From NCBI GenBank assembly GCA_963777955.1, contig CAVZSQ010000017.1, forward strand, positions 1 to 64,000: a stretch of DNA of 64,000 nt, written 5' to 3'. This document shows, piece by piece, positions 45,612 through 55,601 of this stretch. Made by a program: the position numbers and the translations under genes. The notes beneath the pieces are model-generated. The model had not been told where the DNA came from. It saw only the letters and a program-made list of their open reading frames with translations, and made no database searches. Numbering within the stretch: position 1 is the stretch's first letter; each line of letters begins with the position of its first letter. Origin of the DNA: Calditrichia bacterium (GTDB lineage: Bacteria > Calditrichota > Calditrichia > JAJRVZ01).

Positions 45612-47159
45612 TCAGGACAGGTCTAATTCCCGCACACAGTCAATCACTGTCCCATCCCGCCATTCGATCAAGGCCACTATATTGTCCCTGGTTTTTACAG
45701 CCGCAGGTTTCCCTGTAAAGTTGATGGCCTTTTCATATAATTGCTCAATGGGCATAATCGGCAGGGCGGAATTTTTCAACCTGTCGATTAGATCCTGCCG
45801 CAGCGGATTGATGGCGATGCCATGATCCGTGATCAGCACATCGATTACTTCACCCGGTGCGGTAACACTATGAACTCTTTCTACGACAATCGGGAATTTT
45901 TTACGGTATAAAGGCGCCGTAATGATGGTCATATAAGCCGCGGCCGAATCCTGGAATCCGCCGATACCATGCAGCAGCCAGCCATCCGAGTGCGTGTTGA
46001 CATTGGCATTGAAGTTAAGATCGATCTCTGTCGCCCCCAGTACAGCCGCTTTTACCCGCGAGGCAAAACATTGTTTGGAATGATAATTATATGAAACAAA
46101 AGGATTCGTCTCAATATGATTGCGGTTGTCACGCAACGATTCCACTCCGGCCAGATCAAAAGACTGCCCGTCCAGGATATAGCGGGTCAATCCGGACTTC
46201 AGCATATCGACTAGAATTTTATTGGAGCCGCCGCGTACAAAATCAGCCTGAACCTTTTTTTCCTGCATCATGCCGGCCAGATACTGTAAAAAAGCCAGCG
46301 ATATACCGCCGGCCCCGGCCTGAAAGGAGAATTCCGGTTCGTCCAGCAAACCGGAGTCTCTGACCAGCTGGGCTGCCATCATGGCAATTTTCAGCCGGTC
46401 AGGTTCTGCGGTGATCTTGGTCGTACCTGAAACTATTTTCTCCGGTATACCCAGTTTATCGATGGGAACGATGTAATCGACATTCCCGCCCTGGATTGAC
46501 CAGGGACTGGTGGGAAAGGGAACCAGGTTATCGGTAACCACCACCACCTGATCGGCATAGAGGGAATCTACCAGAGCGAATCCCAGCGGGCCGCAGGCTG
46601 AAGGGCCATGAACACCGTTGGCATTACCATGCCTGTCGGCGGTGGGTGCAGCAATAAAGGTAACGTCGATCGTTAGATCTCCATCCTGAATAGCACGATA
46701 GCGCCCGCCATGCGATCTCAGGACAGCCGTCTTCTTCATCCCCCCCGTGGTGCACAATCTGCCGATAGGCCCATTCATGGAACCCATCACATGCGAGATA
46801 GCACCTTTTTTAATCAACTCCACCAGCGGTTCGTGCACCGGAAACAGGGCCGAGGGTGCCAGCACCAGATCTTTATAACCGCGTTCAGCCAGCTTTTTCA
46901 TGACCAGATTTACCAGAAAATCACCGTCCCGTAAATGGTGATGAAAGGAGACGGTCATACCATTGAATAAATTCAATTTATCCAGGGCCTCATCCAGATT
47001 GGTCAAAACTTTTTTCGGATAACTGGCCTCCGTGGGAATCAGGGAACCCGCTTTACGTCCGGTTGGTTTATGTTTGCCCACACCCATAAAGGGTATGTTC
47101 TTCCGGCCATCCGTTTGCACAGGAACTTCCCGGCCCAGTATGTTTTTGATCATCTTCAT
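45612..47159 (-). CDS. citF: Citrate lyase alpha chain / citrate CoA-transferase
   Basis: TVSFHHHLRDGD, RSHGGRYRAI, GPSACGPLG, SFQAGAGG, GATEID..FNANV, GIGG..D, TDHGIAINP. Confidence 0.92.
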   Translation of the reverse strand: MKMIKNILGREVPVQTDGRKNIPFMGVGKHKPTGRKAGSLIPTEASYPKKVLTNLDEALDKLNLFNGMTVSFHHHLRDGDFLVNLVMKKLAERGYKDLVLAPSALFPVHEPLVELIKKGAISHVMGSMNGPIGRLCTTGGMKKTAVLRSHGGRYRAIQDGDLTIDVTFIAAPTADRHGNANGVHGPSACGPLGFALVDSLYADQVVVVTDNLVPFPTSPWSIQGGNVDYIVPIDKLGIPEKIVSGTTKITAEPDRLKIAMMAAQLVRDSGLLDEPEFSFQAGAGGISLAFLQYLAGMMQEKKVQADFVRGGSNKILVDMLKSGLTRYILDGQSFDLAGVESLRDNRNHIETNPFVSYNYHSKQCFASRVKAAVLGATEIDLNFNANVNTHSDGWLLHGIGGFQDSAAAYMTIITAPLYRKKFPIVVERVHSVTAPGEVIDVLITDHGIAINPLRQDLIDRLKNSALPIMPIEQLYEKAINFTGKPAAVKTRDNIVALIEWRDGTVIDCVRELDLS

Positions 47160-47258
47160 AGTATACCTTTCAGCGTATACCTTTCGACAGCTGCAGCCTG
47201 TTAAAAATACAAAATATTATTGACAATTTAAAAATCCTGGTTAAATTATAACTATTGA

Positions 47259-47270
47259 CTACCAGGGTAG
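47259..47270. promoter_or_regulatory. Candidate TrmB-family operator, just downstream of a sigma70-like promoter (TTGACA at 47220)
   Basis: CTACC-AG-GGTAG palindrome in the divergent citF/trmB intergenic region. Confidence 0.35.
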
Positions 47271-47303
47271 GTAATATTAACAATTTAATCGGCCAATGGC
47301 AAT

Positions 47304-48071
47304 ATGAAAAGTGTGTTAGCACATCTGCAAAACCTGAATTTTACGCAATACGAATCGAAAGCGTATCTGGCTTTGCTTAAACAGGGCGGGATCAGCGGAT
47401 ATGAACTGGCCAAAAAATCAGGCATCCCGGCATCCAAAATATACCAGGTGCTGAGCCGCTTGATCGAAAAAGAGGTCGTTATCGCCCTGGATTCTGAGCC
47501 GGTAAAATATACCCCCGTTCCGCCTGCCGAAGTCCTCTACCGGCTGCGGGCCGATTTCATGTATACCCTGGATACCGTCAGCCCCAAGTTGTCGGAACTG
47601 TATCAACATCAGCAAAGCACCGATAATTACATCTGGAACGTCAGCGGCCGGCCGGCTATTATTAATAAAGTAAATGATTTTATTAATGAGGCAGTGAAAA
47701 AAATTCATCTGTCCGTCTGGGATGAAGAGATCGCCGAGATAGAGGATTCACTCAAACAGGCCCGGCGCCGCAAGGTTTCCATCGCCATCGTGCACTATGG
47801 TGAAAAGAAATTGAATATCGGCCTTGAATTCCGTCATGGCCGGGAACATATCATTCGCCAGCAGCGCGGGGCCCGCCGGATTGCCCTGGAGGTTGATGAA
47901 CAGAAAGTAATTTTGGCTCACTTTCTGGAGGATGGCAGCTGTAATGCGGTCTGGACGACCAATAAAGGACTGGTGCTGCTGGCCAAGGATTATATAATCC
48001 ATGACATCTACACCATACGCATGGCCGAAAAATTCGGTGCAGCTGCCAATGAAATTTTTGAAAGTTATTAA
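47304..48071 (+). CDS. TrmB family transcriptional regulator
   Basis: FTQYESKAYLALL, GYELAKKSGIPASKIYQVL winged HTH, C-terminal effector domain. Confidence 0.9.
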   Translation: MKSVLAHLQNLNFTQYESKAYLALLKQGGISGYELAKKSGIPASKIYQVLSRLIEKEVVIALDSEPVKYTPVPPAEVLYRLRADFMYTLDTVSPKLSELYQHQQSTDNYIWNVSGRPAIINKVNDFINEAVKKIHLSVWDEEIAEIEDSLKQARRRKVSIAIVHYGEKKLNIGLEFRHGREHIIRQQRGARRIALEVDEQKVILAHFLEDGSCNAVWTTNKGLVLLAKDYIIHDIYTIRMAEKFGAAANEIFESY

Positions 48072-48090
48072 ATAATAGGAAGGGTACTAT

Positions 48091-48867
48091 ATGGCCGATT
48101 TGCATTGGAAAACCGCAATCACCCGGATTGAACCCAATAAGATCAGTGTGCGCGGCTACAAATTGGATGAATTAATGGGCAAAATCAGTTTTGCCCAATT
48201 GATCTATCTGCTCTTCAAAGGCGAGTTGCCGGATAGCAACACCGGTAAATTGATCGAGGCCATCCTGGTTTCTTCCATCGACCATGGCACCACTCCCCCT
48301 TCGACCCTGAGCGCAATTACCGTGGCTTCGACCGGTGCACCGTTAAATGCAGCCCTGGCGGCCGGGATCCTGGCCATCGCCGAATTTCATGGCGGGGCCA
48401 TCGAAGAATGCATGCACATCCTGCAACTGGCCATGAAGAAAGTCAAAGATGAAAATTTATCTCCGGCTGCCGCTGCTCAAAATATAATCAGCGAATACCG
48501 CCGGCAGAATAAACGACTGTCCGGATTCGGCCACCGCCTGCATACCGACGATCCCCGTACAAAAAAATTATTTAGACTGGCCGAGGAATATGGCTTCACC
48601 AAAAAATATGTACCACTGGCCCGGGTACTGGAAGCGGAAATGGAAAAAACTTTTCAAAAAAAACTTCCGCTCAATGTTGATGGAGCCATTGCCACCCTGC
48701 TATGCGAAATGGATTTCGATCCTTTATTGGCCAATGCCTTTTTTATCATTGCCAGGGTACCGGGCCTGGTAGCCCATATTTATGAAGAAAAGACGCGTTA
48801 CAAACCTATGCGTCAAATCCATCCGACCGATGTTGAATACGACGGCCCGGCGGAGCGTACCATTTAA
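48091..48867 (+). CDS. ccl: Citryl-CoA lyase (citrate-synthase fold)
   Basis: WKTAIT, VRGY, DHG..PPS, HGGAIE, GFGHR.H..DPR, NVDGA, ARVPGL.AH; 258 aa. Confidence 0.82.
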   Translation: MADLHWKTAITRIEPNKISVRGYKLDELMGKISFAQLIYLLFKGELPDSNTGKLIEAILVSSIDHGTTPPSTLSAITVASTGAPLNAALAAGILAIAEFHGGAIEECMHILQLAMKKVKDENLSPAAAAQNIISEYRRQNKRLSGFGHRLHTDDPRTKKLFRLAEEYGFTKKYVPLARVLEAEMEKTFQKKLPLNVDGAIATLLCEMDFDPLLANAFFIIARVPGLVAHIYEEKTRYKPMRQIHPTDVEYDGPAERTI

Positions 48868-48914
48868 CCAGGTACCCTCTTACCGTTGGTACTTTAAATT
48901 CGAAAGGAATATCC

Positions 48915-49451
48915 ATGAAGGAAATGATCATCGAATTACTCCCGGAGATCAGCGAGATCAAAGATAAAAAATTACAGGACCAGGTCATCGCCTGCTGGCA
49001 GGAAGCGATCGAATATAGAAAGTGGACATCCGCTGAACTGCACAGCATACCATTCACTTTGCTGGTCGATAAGGTGAAGATTAATTTCATCGAACACGTG
49101 CGCACCTGCACCCGCCTGGTCATCGCTGTGGATAGAGTACTGGACGAGGCTTACGGCCGGCGTAAAACCGCAGTGAATCGCGACTACCTGATTGCCGGCG
49201 CTTTGCTGGCCGACGTGGGTAAACTGTTCGAATTTGATAAAAACCCGGATGGTACGGTGTTCAAAAGCAAATATGGCAGGTTTCTCCGTCATCCCTTCAG
49301 CGGAGTCGGACTCGGTTTTAAATATAAATTGCCGGAGGAAGTATTACACATTATTGCCGTTCATTCCAAAGAAGGGGATGGTGAAAAACGGTCGGCCGAA
49401 GCAATAATTTTTCATCATGCCGATTTTATCGATTTTGAACTGGTTCAGTAA
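48915..49451 (+). CDS. HD/HDIG-family metal-dependent phosphohydrolase homologue with an AD variant motif
   Basis: EHV, GALLADVGK, RHPFSG, HIIAVHS, HHADF. Confidence 0.8.
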   Translation: MKEMIIELLPEISEIKDKKLQDQVIACWQEAIEYRKWTSAELHSIPFTLLVDKVKINFIEHVRTCTRLVIAVDRVLDEAYGRRKTAVNRDYLIAGALLADVGKLFEFDKNPDGTVFKSKYGRFLRHPFSGVGLGFKYKLPEEVLHIIAVHSKEGDGEKRSAEAIIFHHADFIDFELVQ

Positions 49452-49471
49452 CTATTAGCAGAGGAGTTTTT

Positions 49472-50590
49472 ATGGCCAAGTATAAAATTGCCTGGTTACC
49501 CGGTGACGGGGTCGGAAATGATGTGATGGAAGCTGCCCGTATTGTTTTAGACGCTCTTAAACTGGATGCTGAATATATTCCCGGCGATATCGGCTGGGAA
49601 TTCTGGAAGCATGAAGGGGATCCGCTGCCCCAGCGGACCATTGATATGATGAAAACGACCACCTGTGCCCTGTTTGGTGCGATCACTTCCAAACCCAAAG
49701 AGGAAGCCGCACTGGAACTGGATGATCGTCTGAAAAATAAAAACCTGGTCTACTTTTCTCCCATAGTCCGTTTGCGCCAGGAGTTTAATCTGCACACCAA
49801 CCTGCGCCCCTGTAAAGCCTATCCGGGCAATCCGCTGAATTTTAAAGAAGGGATCGACCTGGTTATCTTCCGGGAAAACACCGAAGGGATGTACGGTGGA
49901 GTGGAATTTTTCCCCATCCCCGAGGAGGTCTTCAATGCCCTGGATAAAAATCATCCTAAAATGAAAAAATTCCGGGAATACGGACTGGAAAATCTGGCCA
50001 TGTCCACCCGCATCATGTCCAGACAAAAATGTACCAATATTGTCACCCGGGCCTTTGAATACGCCAAAAAATTCGGCTATAAATCCGTTACCGTGGTCGA
50101 CAAACCGAATGTATTGCGTGAAACCGGGGGCCTGATGATCCGTGCCGCCCGGGAAGTTGCCAAAAAATATAACGGCATCAAACTCTGGGAAACCAACATC
50201 GATGCCCAGACCATGTGGCTGCTTAAAAATCCATTTGATTATGGCGTCATGGTCGCAGAAAATATGTTCGGTGATATTCTTTCCGATCTGGCCGCCCAAC
50301 TGGTGGGGGGATTAGGATTTGCTTCCAGTGGAAATATCGGCGATGACTATGCTGTTTTTGAACCCACTCATGGCTCCGCTCCGAAGTATGCCGGCCAGTA
50401 TAAAGTCAATCCCATGGCCATGTTGCTGACGGTCAAATTAATGCTGGACTGGCTGGACGAAAAGAAAATGAGTGCAAGTCTGGAATCAGCCATAGCACAG
50501 GTGATCAAGCAGGGGAAAGTACGTACCTATGATATGGGTGGTAAAAACAGTACATTGGAAATTGCCGCCGAAGTAGTGCGGAATCTATAA
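49472..50590 (+). CDS. Isocitrate/isopropylmalate dehydrogenase family protein, homoisocitrate-dehydrogenase-like
   Basis: [53 protein letters not shown]. Confidence 0.9.
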   Translation: MAKYKIAWLPGDGVGNDVMEAARIVLDALKLDAEYIPGDIGWEFWKHEGDPLPQRTIDMMKTTTCALFGAITSKPKEEAALELDDRLKNKNLVYFSPIVRLRQEFNLHTNLRPCKAYPGNPLNFKEGIDLVIFRENTEGMYGGVEFFPIPEEVFNALDKNHPKMKKFREYGLENLAMSTRIMSRQKCTNIVTRAFEYAKKFGYKSVTVVDKPNVLRETGGLMIRAAREVAKKYNGIKLWETNIDAQTMWLLKNPFDYGVMVAENMFGDILSDLAAQLVGGLGFASSGNIGDDYAVFEPTHGSAPKYAGQYKVNPMAMLLTVKLMLDWLDEKKMSASLESAIAQVIKQGKVRTYDMGGKNSTLEIAAEVVRNL

Positions 50591-50600
50591 AGGAAATCTC

Positions 50601-51967
50601 ATGTCCAGTGTGACCCGAAAAATGGCCCGGTTTACCGGACAATTAAGCTATGAAAATCTTTCGCCGGCAGCCATACTGAACTGGCTAAACGGTTTTTGCT
50701 CGATTCGATCGGTTGCGCCATGGGGGGCAGCAGAACAACCGATGTGCTGATAATGCTTGATCTATTCAACGAACTGGGTGGGAAAAGAGAATCGACTGTT
50801 ATTAACTGTAATAAGAAATTACCGATGATTCATGCCTGCTTACTGAACAGCCTGATGATTCGGGCGTTGGATTTTAATGATGTCTACTGGGAACAGGATC
50901 CGTCTCACCCCAGCGATCTGATCCCGGCGGTTTTAAGCCCGGCTGAATTTTTACAGCAGAGCGGGAAAGAATTGATTGTCGGAATAGTGCTGGCTTATGA
51001 ATGGGAACAGCGTTTGTGCGAATTCGCCGTACCCGGTATCCGCGAGCGCAAATGGCATCATGCCACCCTGACCCAATTTGCTGCTCCCCTGGCCGCCGGC
51101 AAAATGCTGGGTCTGAACGAAGACCAGCTGGTGCAGGCCGTGGGCATCTGCGCCAGTCATAACCTGACCCTGGGGGCGGTCACTGCCGGTAAATTGACCA
51201 TGATGAAAAATACCGTTGATCCCATGGCCGCCCAGGCTGGTTTACTTGCCGCCCTGTTAGCCCAGCGCGGATATGAAGGACCTGAATATATCATGGAAGG
51301 TAAAGAAGGATTTGCCGATACCCTGGGCGGATATTTTGATCTGGACATGCTTACCGACGGGCTGGGTGACAGTTTCCGCATTACCCGCTGTTCGATGAAG
51401 GCCTTTCCCACCGAGGCTCTGACCCACTCACCCATATCGGCCGTAATGCAATTAATGAAGTTATATAATCTGGATAAGAATGATATTCAACAGGTGTTGA
51501 TCCGGACTGTTTCCAGGGCCGCTGATATCTTGTCCGATCCTTCCAAGTACAATCCGCATACGCGCGAGACAGCCGATCACAGTTTACCCTATTGCATCGC
51601 CGTCACGATCGTCGACGGCCTGGTAACCCCCGGATCTTTCAGCGCAGAAAAGATCATGAGCCAGGAAATCCGGGATTTCCTGCCCAAAATAAAAGTGGTA
51701 GCCGATGCCGAGATCGAAAAAACTTTTCCGGCGCTGAAACGAACAGTCGTGGAGATTACCACCACGGCCGGGAAACAACATGAACTTATGATCGATTACC
51801 CTCTGGGCGATTACCGCAATCCCATGGATGACCAGACCTTTTTTGCCAAATTCGATTCCCTGGTGCTCCCGCATCTGTCTCAAAAAAGAAGAGATCAACT
51901 GGTTGAACTGGTCCTTGATCTGGAGAATGTGGAGAATGTCAGCGCGCTGACGAAATTACTTGCTTAA
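50601..51967 (+). CDS. prpD: MmgE/PrpD family dehydratase (frameshift at about 50680)
   Basis: LLDSIGCA, IRALDFND, SHPSD, WHH, GYEGP..EGKEG, RETADHSLPY. Confidence 0.85.
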
Positions 51968-52001
51968 CCACCTCCGAGGTTCGGACAACCTCGGAGGTGG
52001 T
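51967..52001. repeat. 15-bp perfect palindrome after prpD (REP-like; may also terminate transcription)
   Basis: ACCACCTCCGAGGTT-CGGAC-AACCTCGGAGGTGGT; no U-tract. Confidence 0.75.
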
Positions 52002-52002
52002 C

Positions 52003-52069
52003 AGGGAGGGGAATGAGGGAGGGTTATTTTACCTATCTAAAAATATTTGATGCCTGCGGCATCAAAACC
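52003..52069. repeat. Composite repeat: right half of family A plus TTTGATGCC-TGC-GGCATCAAA hairpin
   Basis: Direct copy at 53922-53985. Confidence 0.75.
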
Positions 52070-52127
52070 TTATATATTCCATCTAATACCAGAATGTGGG
52101 CTCAACTCTTACATGCCCCACTAGTTA

Positions 52128-52287
52128 AAATTCCAAATCTCAAGTACCAAATTCCAAACAAGATCATTATTCGATTGCAAGGACTTTACAAATTGGTAAT
52201 TAGTAATTGGTAATTGGTAATTTGGTTTTTGGAATTTGATTATTGGAATTTGATTGCTGGAATTTGGTTCTTGGAATTTGGAATTTC
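52128..52287. repeat. Inverted heptamer arrays (AAATTCC-type left arm, TTGGTAA/TTTGGAA-type right arm), tract 1
   Basis: 7-nt periodicity on both sides of a core of about 30 bp. Confidence 0.85.
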
Positions 52288-52372
52288 GTATTCTATATTA
52301 ATAAAGACAATCAAATCGTATTTGAAAGAAGACGTCTTATAACTTTAAAAATATCTACGAAATGGAGTGAAT

Positions 52373-53847
52373 ATGTGTAAACATTATGCACAGAAAACTT
52401 TTCTTTGAGTATTATTTTTTCAATTTTCTTTTCTATTTCAATAATTCAGGCTCAGGTAGATACGCTTTGGACAAAAACGTTTGGGGGAAGTGACACTGAT
52501 GAGGGTTCTTCAGTCCAGCAGACTACGGATGACGGGTATATTATAGCTTGGACAGACAAATTCATTCGGTGCTGGTGAAAATGATGTTTGGCTGATTAAA
52601 ACCAATTCCGATGGTGATACATTCTGGACAAAAACGTTTGGCGGAGGTAGTGATGATATAGGTAATTCAGTTCAGCAGACTTTAGACGTAGGGTATATTA
52701 TAACTGGATATACATCGTTCATTTGGTGCTGGTTACAGGGATGTTTGGCTGATCAAAACCAATGCCGATGGTGATACGCTGTGGACAAAAACGTTCGGGG
52801 GAGCGATTATGATTGGGGTAATTCAGTCCAGCAGACTACAGATGAAGGATATATTATCACTGGAAATACACATTCCTGTTGTGATGGTTCCAAAAATATT
52901 TGGCTGATTAAAACCAATGCATCGGGTGATACACTCTGGACAAAAATATTAGGGGGAAATAAGGTTCTGAGGGGGGATATTCAGTCCAACAGACTACAGA
53001 CGAAGGGTATATTATAACTGGCCATACTTGGTCATATGATATTTGGCTGATTAAAACAAATGCGTCCGGCGATACACTCTGGACAAAAACATTTGGGGGT
53101 ATGGACTTTGATTGGAGTTTTTCAGTCCAGCAGACTGCAGACGGAGGGTATATTATAACTGGTTGGACAGAGTCATTCGGTGCTGGCGATAGAGATATTT
53201 GGTTGATTAAAACAAATGCTAATGGTGATACACTCTGGACAAAACATTTGGGGGAAATGGTGATGATGGAGGGTCGTCAAGTCCAGCAGACTATAGACGA
53301 AGGGTATATCATAACTGGTTGGACAGATTCATTCGGTGCTGGCGACGATGATATTTGGCTGATTAAAACCAATGCCGATGGTGATACACTCTGGACAAAG
53401 ACATTTGGAGGAGGTGGTATTAGATGGAGCTTCTTCAGTTCAGCAAACTATCTGATGGAAGGCTTTATTATAACTGGATATACAGATTCATTCGGTGCTG
53501 GTAACGGTGATGTATGGTTAATCAAAACCACTCCGGATACCATTACAACTAAAATCAGAATATATGATAAATTTATTAATCCCACAGACATTGAACTTGA
53601 ACAGAACTTTCCAAATCCGTTTAATCCGAAAACGACAATTAAGTTTTCTATTCCACAATCTGATCAGGTAACAATTTCTATCTATACAATCGCCAGTCAG
53701 ATAATTGAATCAAAAACCATGAATTTAAATCCTGGTTCATACAGTTATGAATTTGATGGAACCAAATATTCTACAGGAATCTACTTTTATAAAATTTCGA
53801 CTTCATCAGGTTTTACTGCGAGGCGTAAGATGGTATTGCTGAAATGA
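52373..53847 (+). CDS. Secreted 7-repeat beta-propeller-like protein with NFPNPFNP (T9SS type A/FlgD-Ig-like) C-terminal domain, array copy 1 (many indels)
   Basis: MCKH.. signal peptide ending IQA-QVD; seven 51-aa [35 protein letters not shown] repeats; [19 protein letters not shown]. Confidence 0.85.
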
Positions 53848-53881
53848 TCATTTGGGGAAGTCGGAACAGGGATCAACTAGT

Positions 53882-53941
53882 GACCTACCCCTGCCCCTCC
53901 CTTTCAGTCTCTTGACTGAAAGGGGAGGGAGTGGGGAGGGT
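53882..53941. repeat. REP-like palindrome family A, copy 6
   Basis: CCCCTCCCTTTCAGTC-TCTT-GACTGAAAGGGGAGGG. Confidence 0.85.
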
Positions 53942-53945
53942 GTTT

Positions 53946-54007
53946 TACCTATCTACAAATATTTGATGCCTGCGGCATCAAAACCGCAACATTTATGTTG
54001 CAGCCAC
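53946..54007. repeat. TTTGATGCC hairpin plus degenerate GTAG-type REP
   Basis: TTTGATGCCTGCGGCATCAAA (53962-53982), then CCGCAACATTTATGTTGCAGCCAC. Confidence 0.7.
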
Positions 54008-54133
54008 CGTTTTTTTCACGAATATTTATCATCATTGCTAGCGGGTGTGACTATTGCTGTTACCTACATTACAGAACCAAATAGTCAATACTTCCAGGTT
54101 GTACGTGTACGCTGATAATGAAAAGGATTTATT

Positions 54134-54689
54134 ATGATTGATACTTTTGAATTAAGAAAATGGCAATTTGATGATAACAATACTTTATTGAATATGATAG
54201 TTATAGGTTATGATCCTGACAAAAAAGTCTGAATATGAAAAATATGGATTTGACTTGGACTGTAGGATTTCCGATAAAAATAAATTTGTTACGATCTTAG
54301 TACATTTAATTCATCAATTTATAGGAAAATGTTTCATAGTTAGATTAGAAAATGATAACGTCTCATGGTTACCAAAATGGTTAGTAAAAAAACATAATGA
54401 TTATCATGAAATAAAAAATTACCTTGACAATATAACCTGGAAGAACAAAAAATATTTTGGAAATTTTGAAATAAATGATATTGAAACCTTCTTACTTTAT
54501 TTTATAGAGTATCCAAGTAAATACGAATATCAGGATATTGAATTATATTCAATCGATTCAGATTACGTTCTAATTATTTCTTCACATGGCAATTTTTGGA
54601 TAATCAATAAAGATAAAAAGTCATTACAAGAAATTGCCAAAAATGCTGATGGCGAAGGGGCAACAGTAGTGCAAAGTAATAATATTTAA
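54134..54689 (+). CDS. Hypothetical protein in AT-rich islet (frameshift in the A-run at about 54223)
   Basis: AAGGA RBS, then MIDTFELRKWQFDD..GYDPDKK joining ORF 54210-54689; no family recognised. Confidence 0.6.
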
Positions 54690-54769
54690 AAGATAATTTA
54701 GGAAACATCTATATAACTATTAATGCTTATGTTTCATCTATCGTAATGATAGTAAAGAATATATAGGAT

Positions 54770-55269
54770 ATGAAAAAAATATATATCTTCGTTCTTATTA
54801 ATTGTAACGATAACGGTCTTTACAGGAACAACCATTGTTATTACGACTAATGAACCTGAAATAACTTTTGAAAAATTCGAAAAGGGTGATACAGTAAATG
54901 TTCTTGAAAAGTTAGACTTTGATAAAGGGAAGTGGTTTGCTTATTTAGTATTAAGTAGAAGTGATTTTCCAGATTTGAATAATTAATACCCAGAAGAACC
55001 TGCCTTAAGTCGGAAGATACAAATTTGATGAATCAGATGAAAAAGAGTGGAAGTTTATATATACAGCGGGTGATATAGCAACTGTCGAAAGTTTTATTAT
55101 ATTTTATAATGATGGGAAAGCAGTCTTTGAATCTGTGATAGTACTTGACCAAGACCTGGAAGGATTGCAATCCGCATCATTCGGTTGGCTTGAACCAGTA
55201 TCTAAAAATTTATTAATAAAATATTGTATGAAATTTAAACAGGTTTATTGGCCTGTACTGGTATTATAA
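54770..55269 (+). CDS. Hypothetical exported/membrane-anchored protein in AT-rich islet (several frameshifts; absent from the ORF track)
   Basis: AGGA RBS, MKKIYIFVLI.. hydrophobic start, fragments EKLDFDKGKWFAYLVLS and GDIATVESFIIFYNDG..GLQSASFGWLEP..VYWPVLVL*. Confidence 0.5.
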
Positions 55270-55278
55270 TTAAATCGT

Positions 55279-55332
55279 ACAGTGCGAATTCCGTCTGACG
55301 GAGGAGGTGGGTTCGACTCCCGCGTGCCCCCG
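55279..55332 (+). pseudogene. 3' fragment of a tRNA, most like tRNA-Sec (att-site remnant)
   Basis: Variable-arm-like hairpin TCCGTC/GACGGA, T-arm GTGGG-TTCGACT-CCCGC, then an 8-nt acceptor strand GTGCCCCC and a G discriminator; no 5' half and no CCA. Confidence 0.6.
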
Positions 55333-55339
55333 TTTTATA

Positions 55340-55519
55340 AAATCACAAATTCCAAGCACCAAATTCCAAAAAGTAATCATTATTCGATTCAAGACTTTAC
55401 AAATTGGTAATTAGTAATTGGTAATTGGTAATTTGGTTTTTGGAATTTGATTATTGGTATTTGGAATTTGGCGTTTGGAATTTGATTGCTGGAATTTGGT
55501 TCTTGGAATTTGGAATTTC
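55340..55519. repeat. Inverted heptamer arrays, tract 2
   Basis: Same arms and core (ATCATTATTCGATT..GACTTTACAAA) as tract 1. Confidence 0.85.
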
Positions 55520-55601
55520 TTGCTCTAAATTAATAAAGCATCATATCGTATTTAAAAGAAGACGTCTAATAACTTAAAAATACTTATAGAACGGAGTGAA
55601 T

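Noticed and set aside
49547..50299. Long antisense ORFs (250 aa here; also 13747-14307 and 33224-33694)
   Set aside because: Shadow frames opposite well-supported genes, with no motifs of their own.
47304..51967. Standard 2-methylcitrate cycle or rTCA locus
   Set aside because: prpB, prpC, acnD, ccsAB and aclAB are absent from the window, so the gene set fits neither canonical pathway.
54090..54770. Integron cassettes (GTTGTAC at about 54098, ATATAAC at about 54711)
   Set aside because: No paired attC inverted boxes around either site and no integrase.
55279..55332. Complete functional tRNA gene
   Set aside because: No 5' acceptor strand, D-arm or anticodon arm upstream; that sequence is the end of an ORF.
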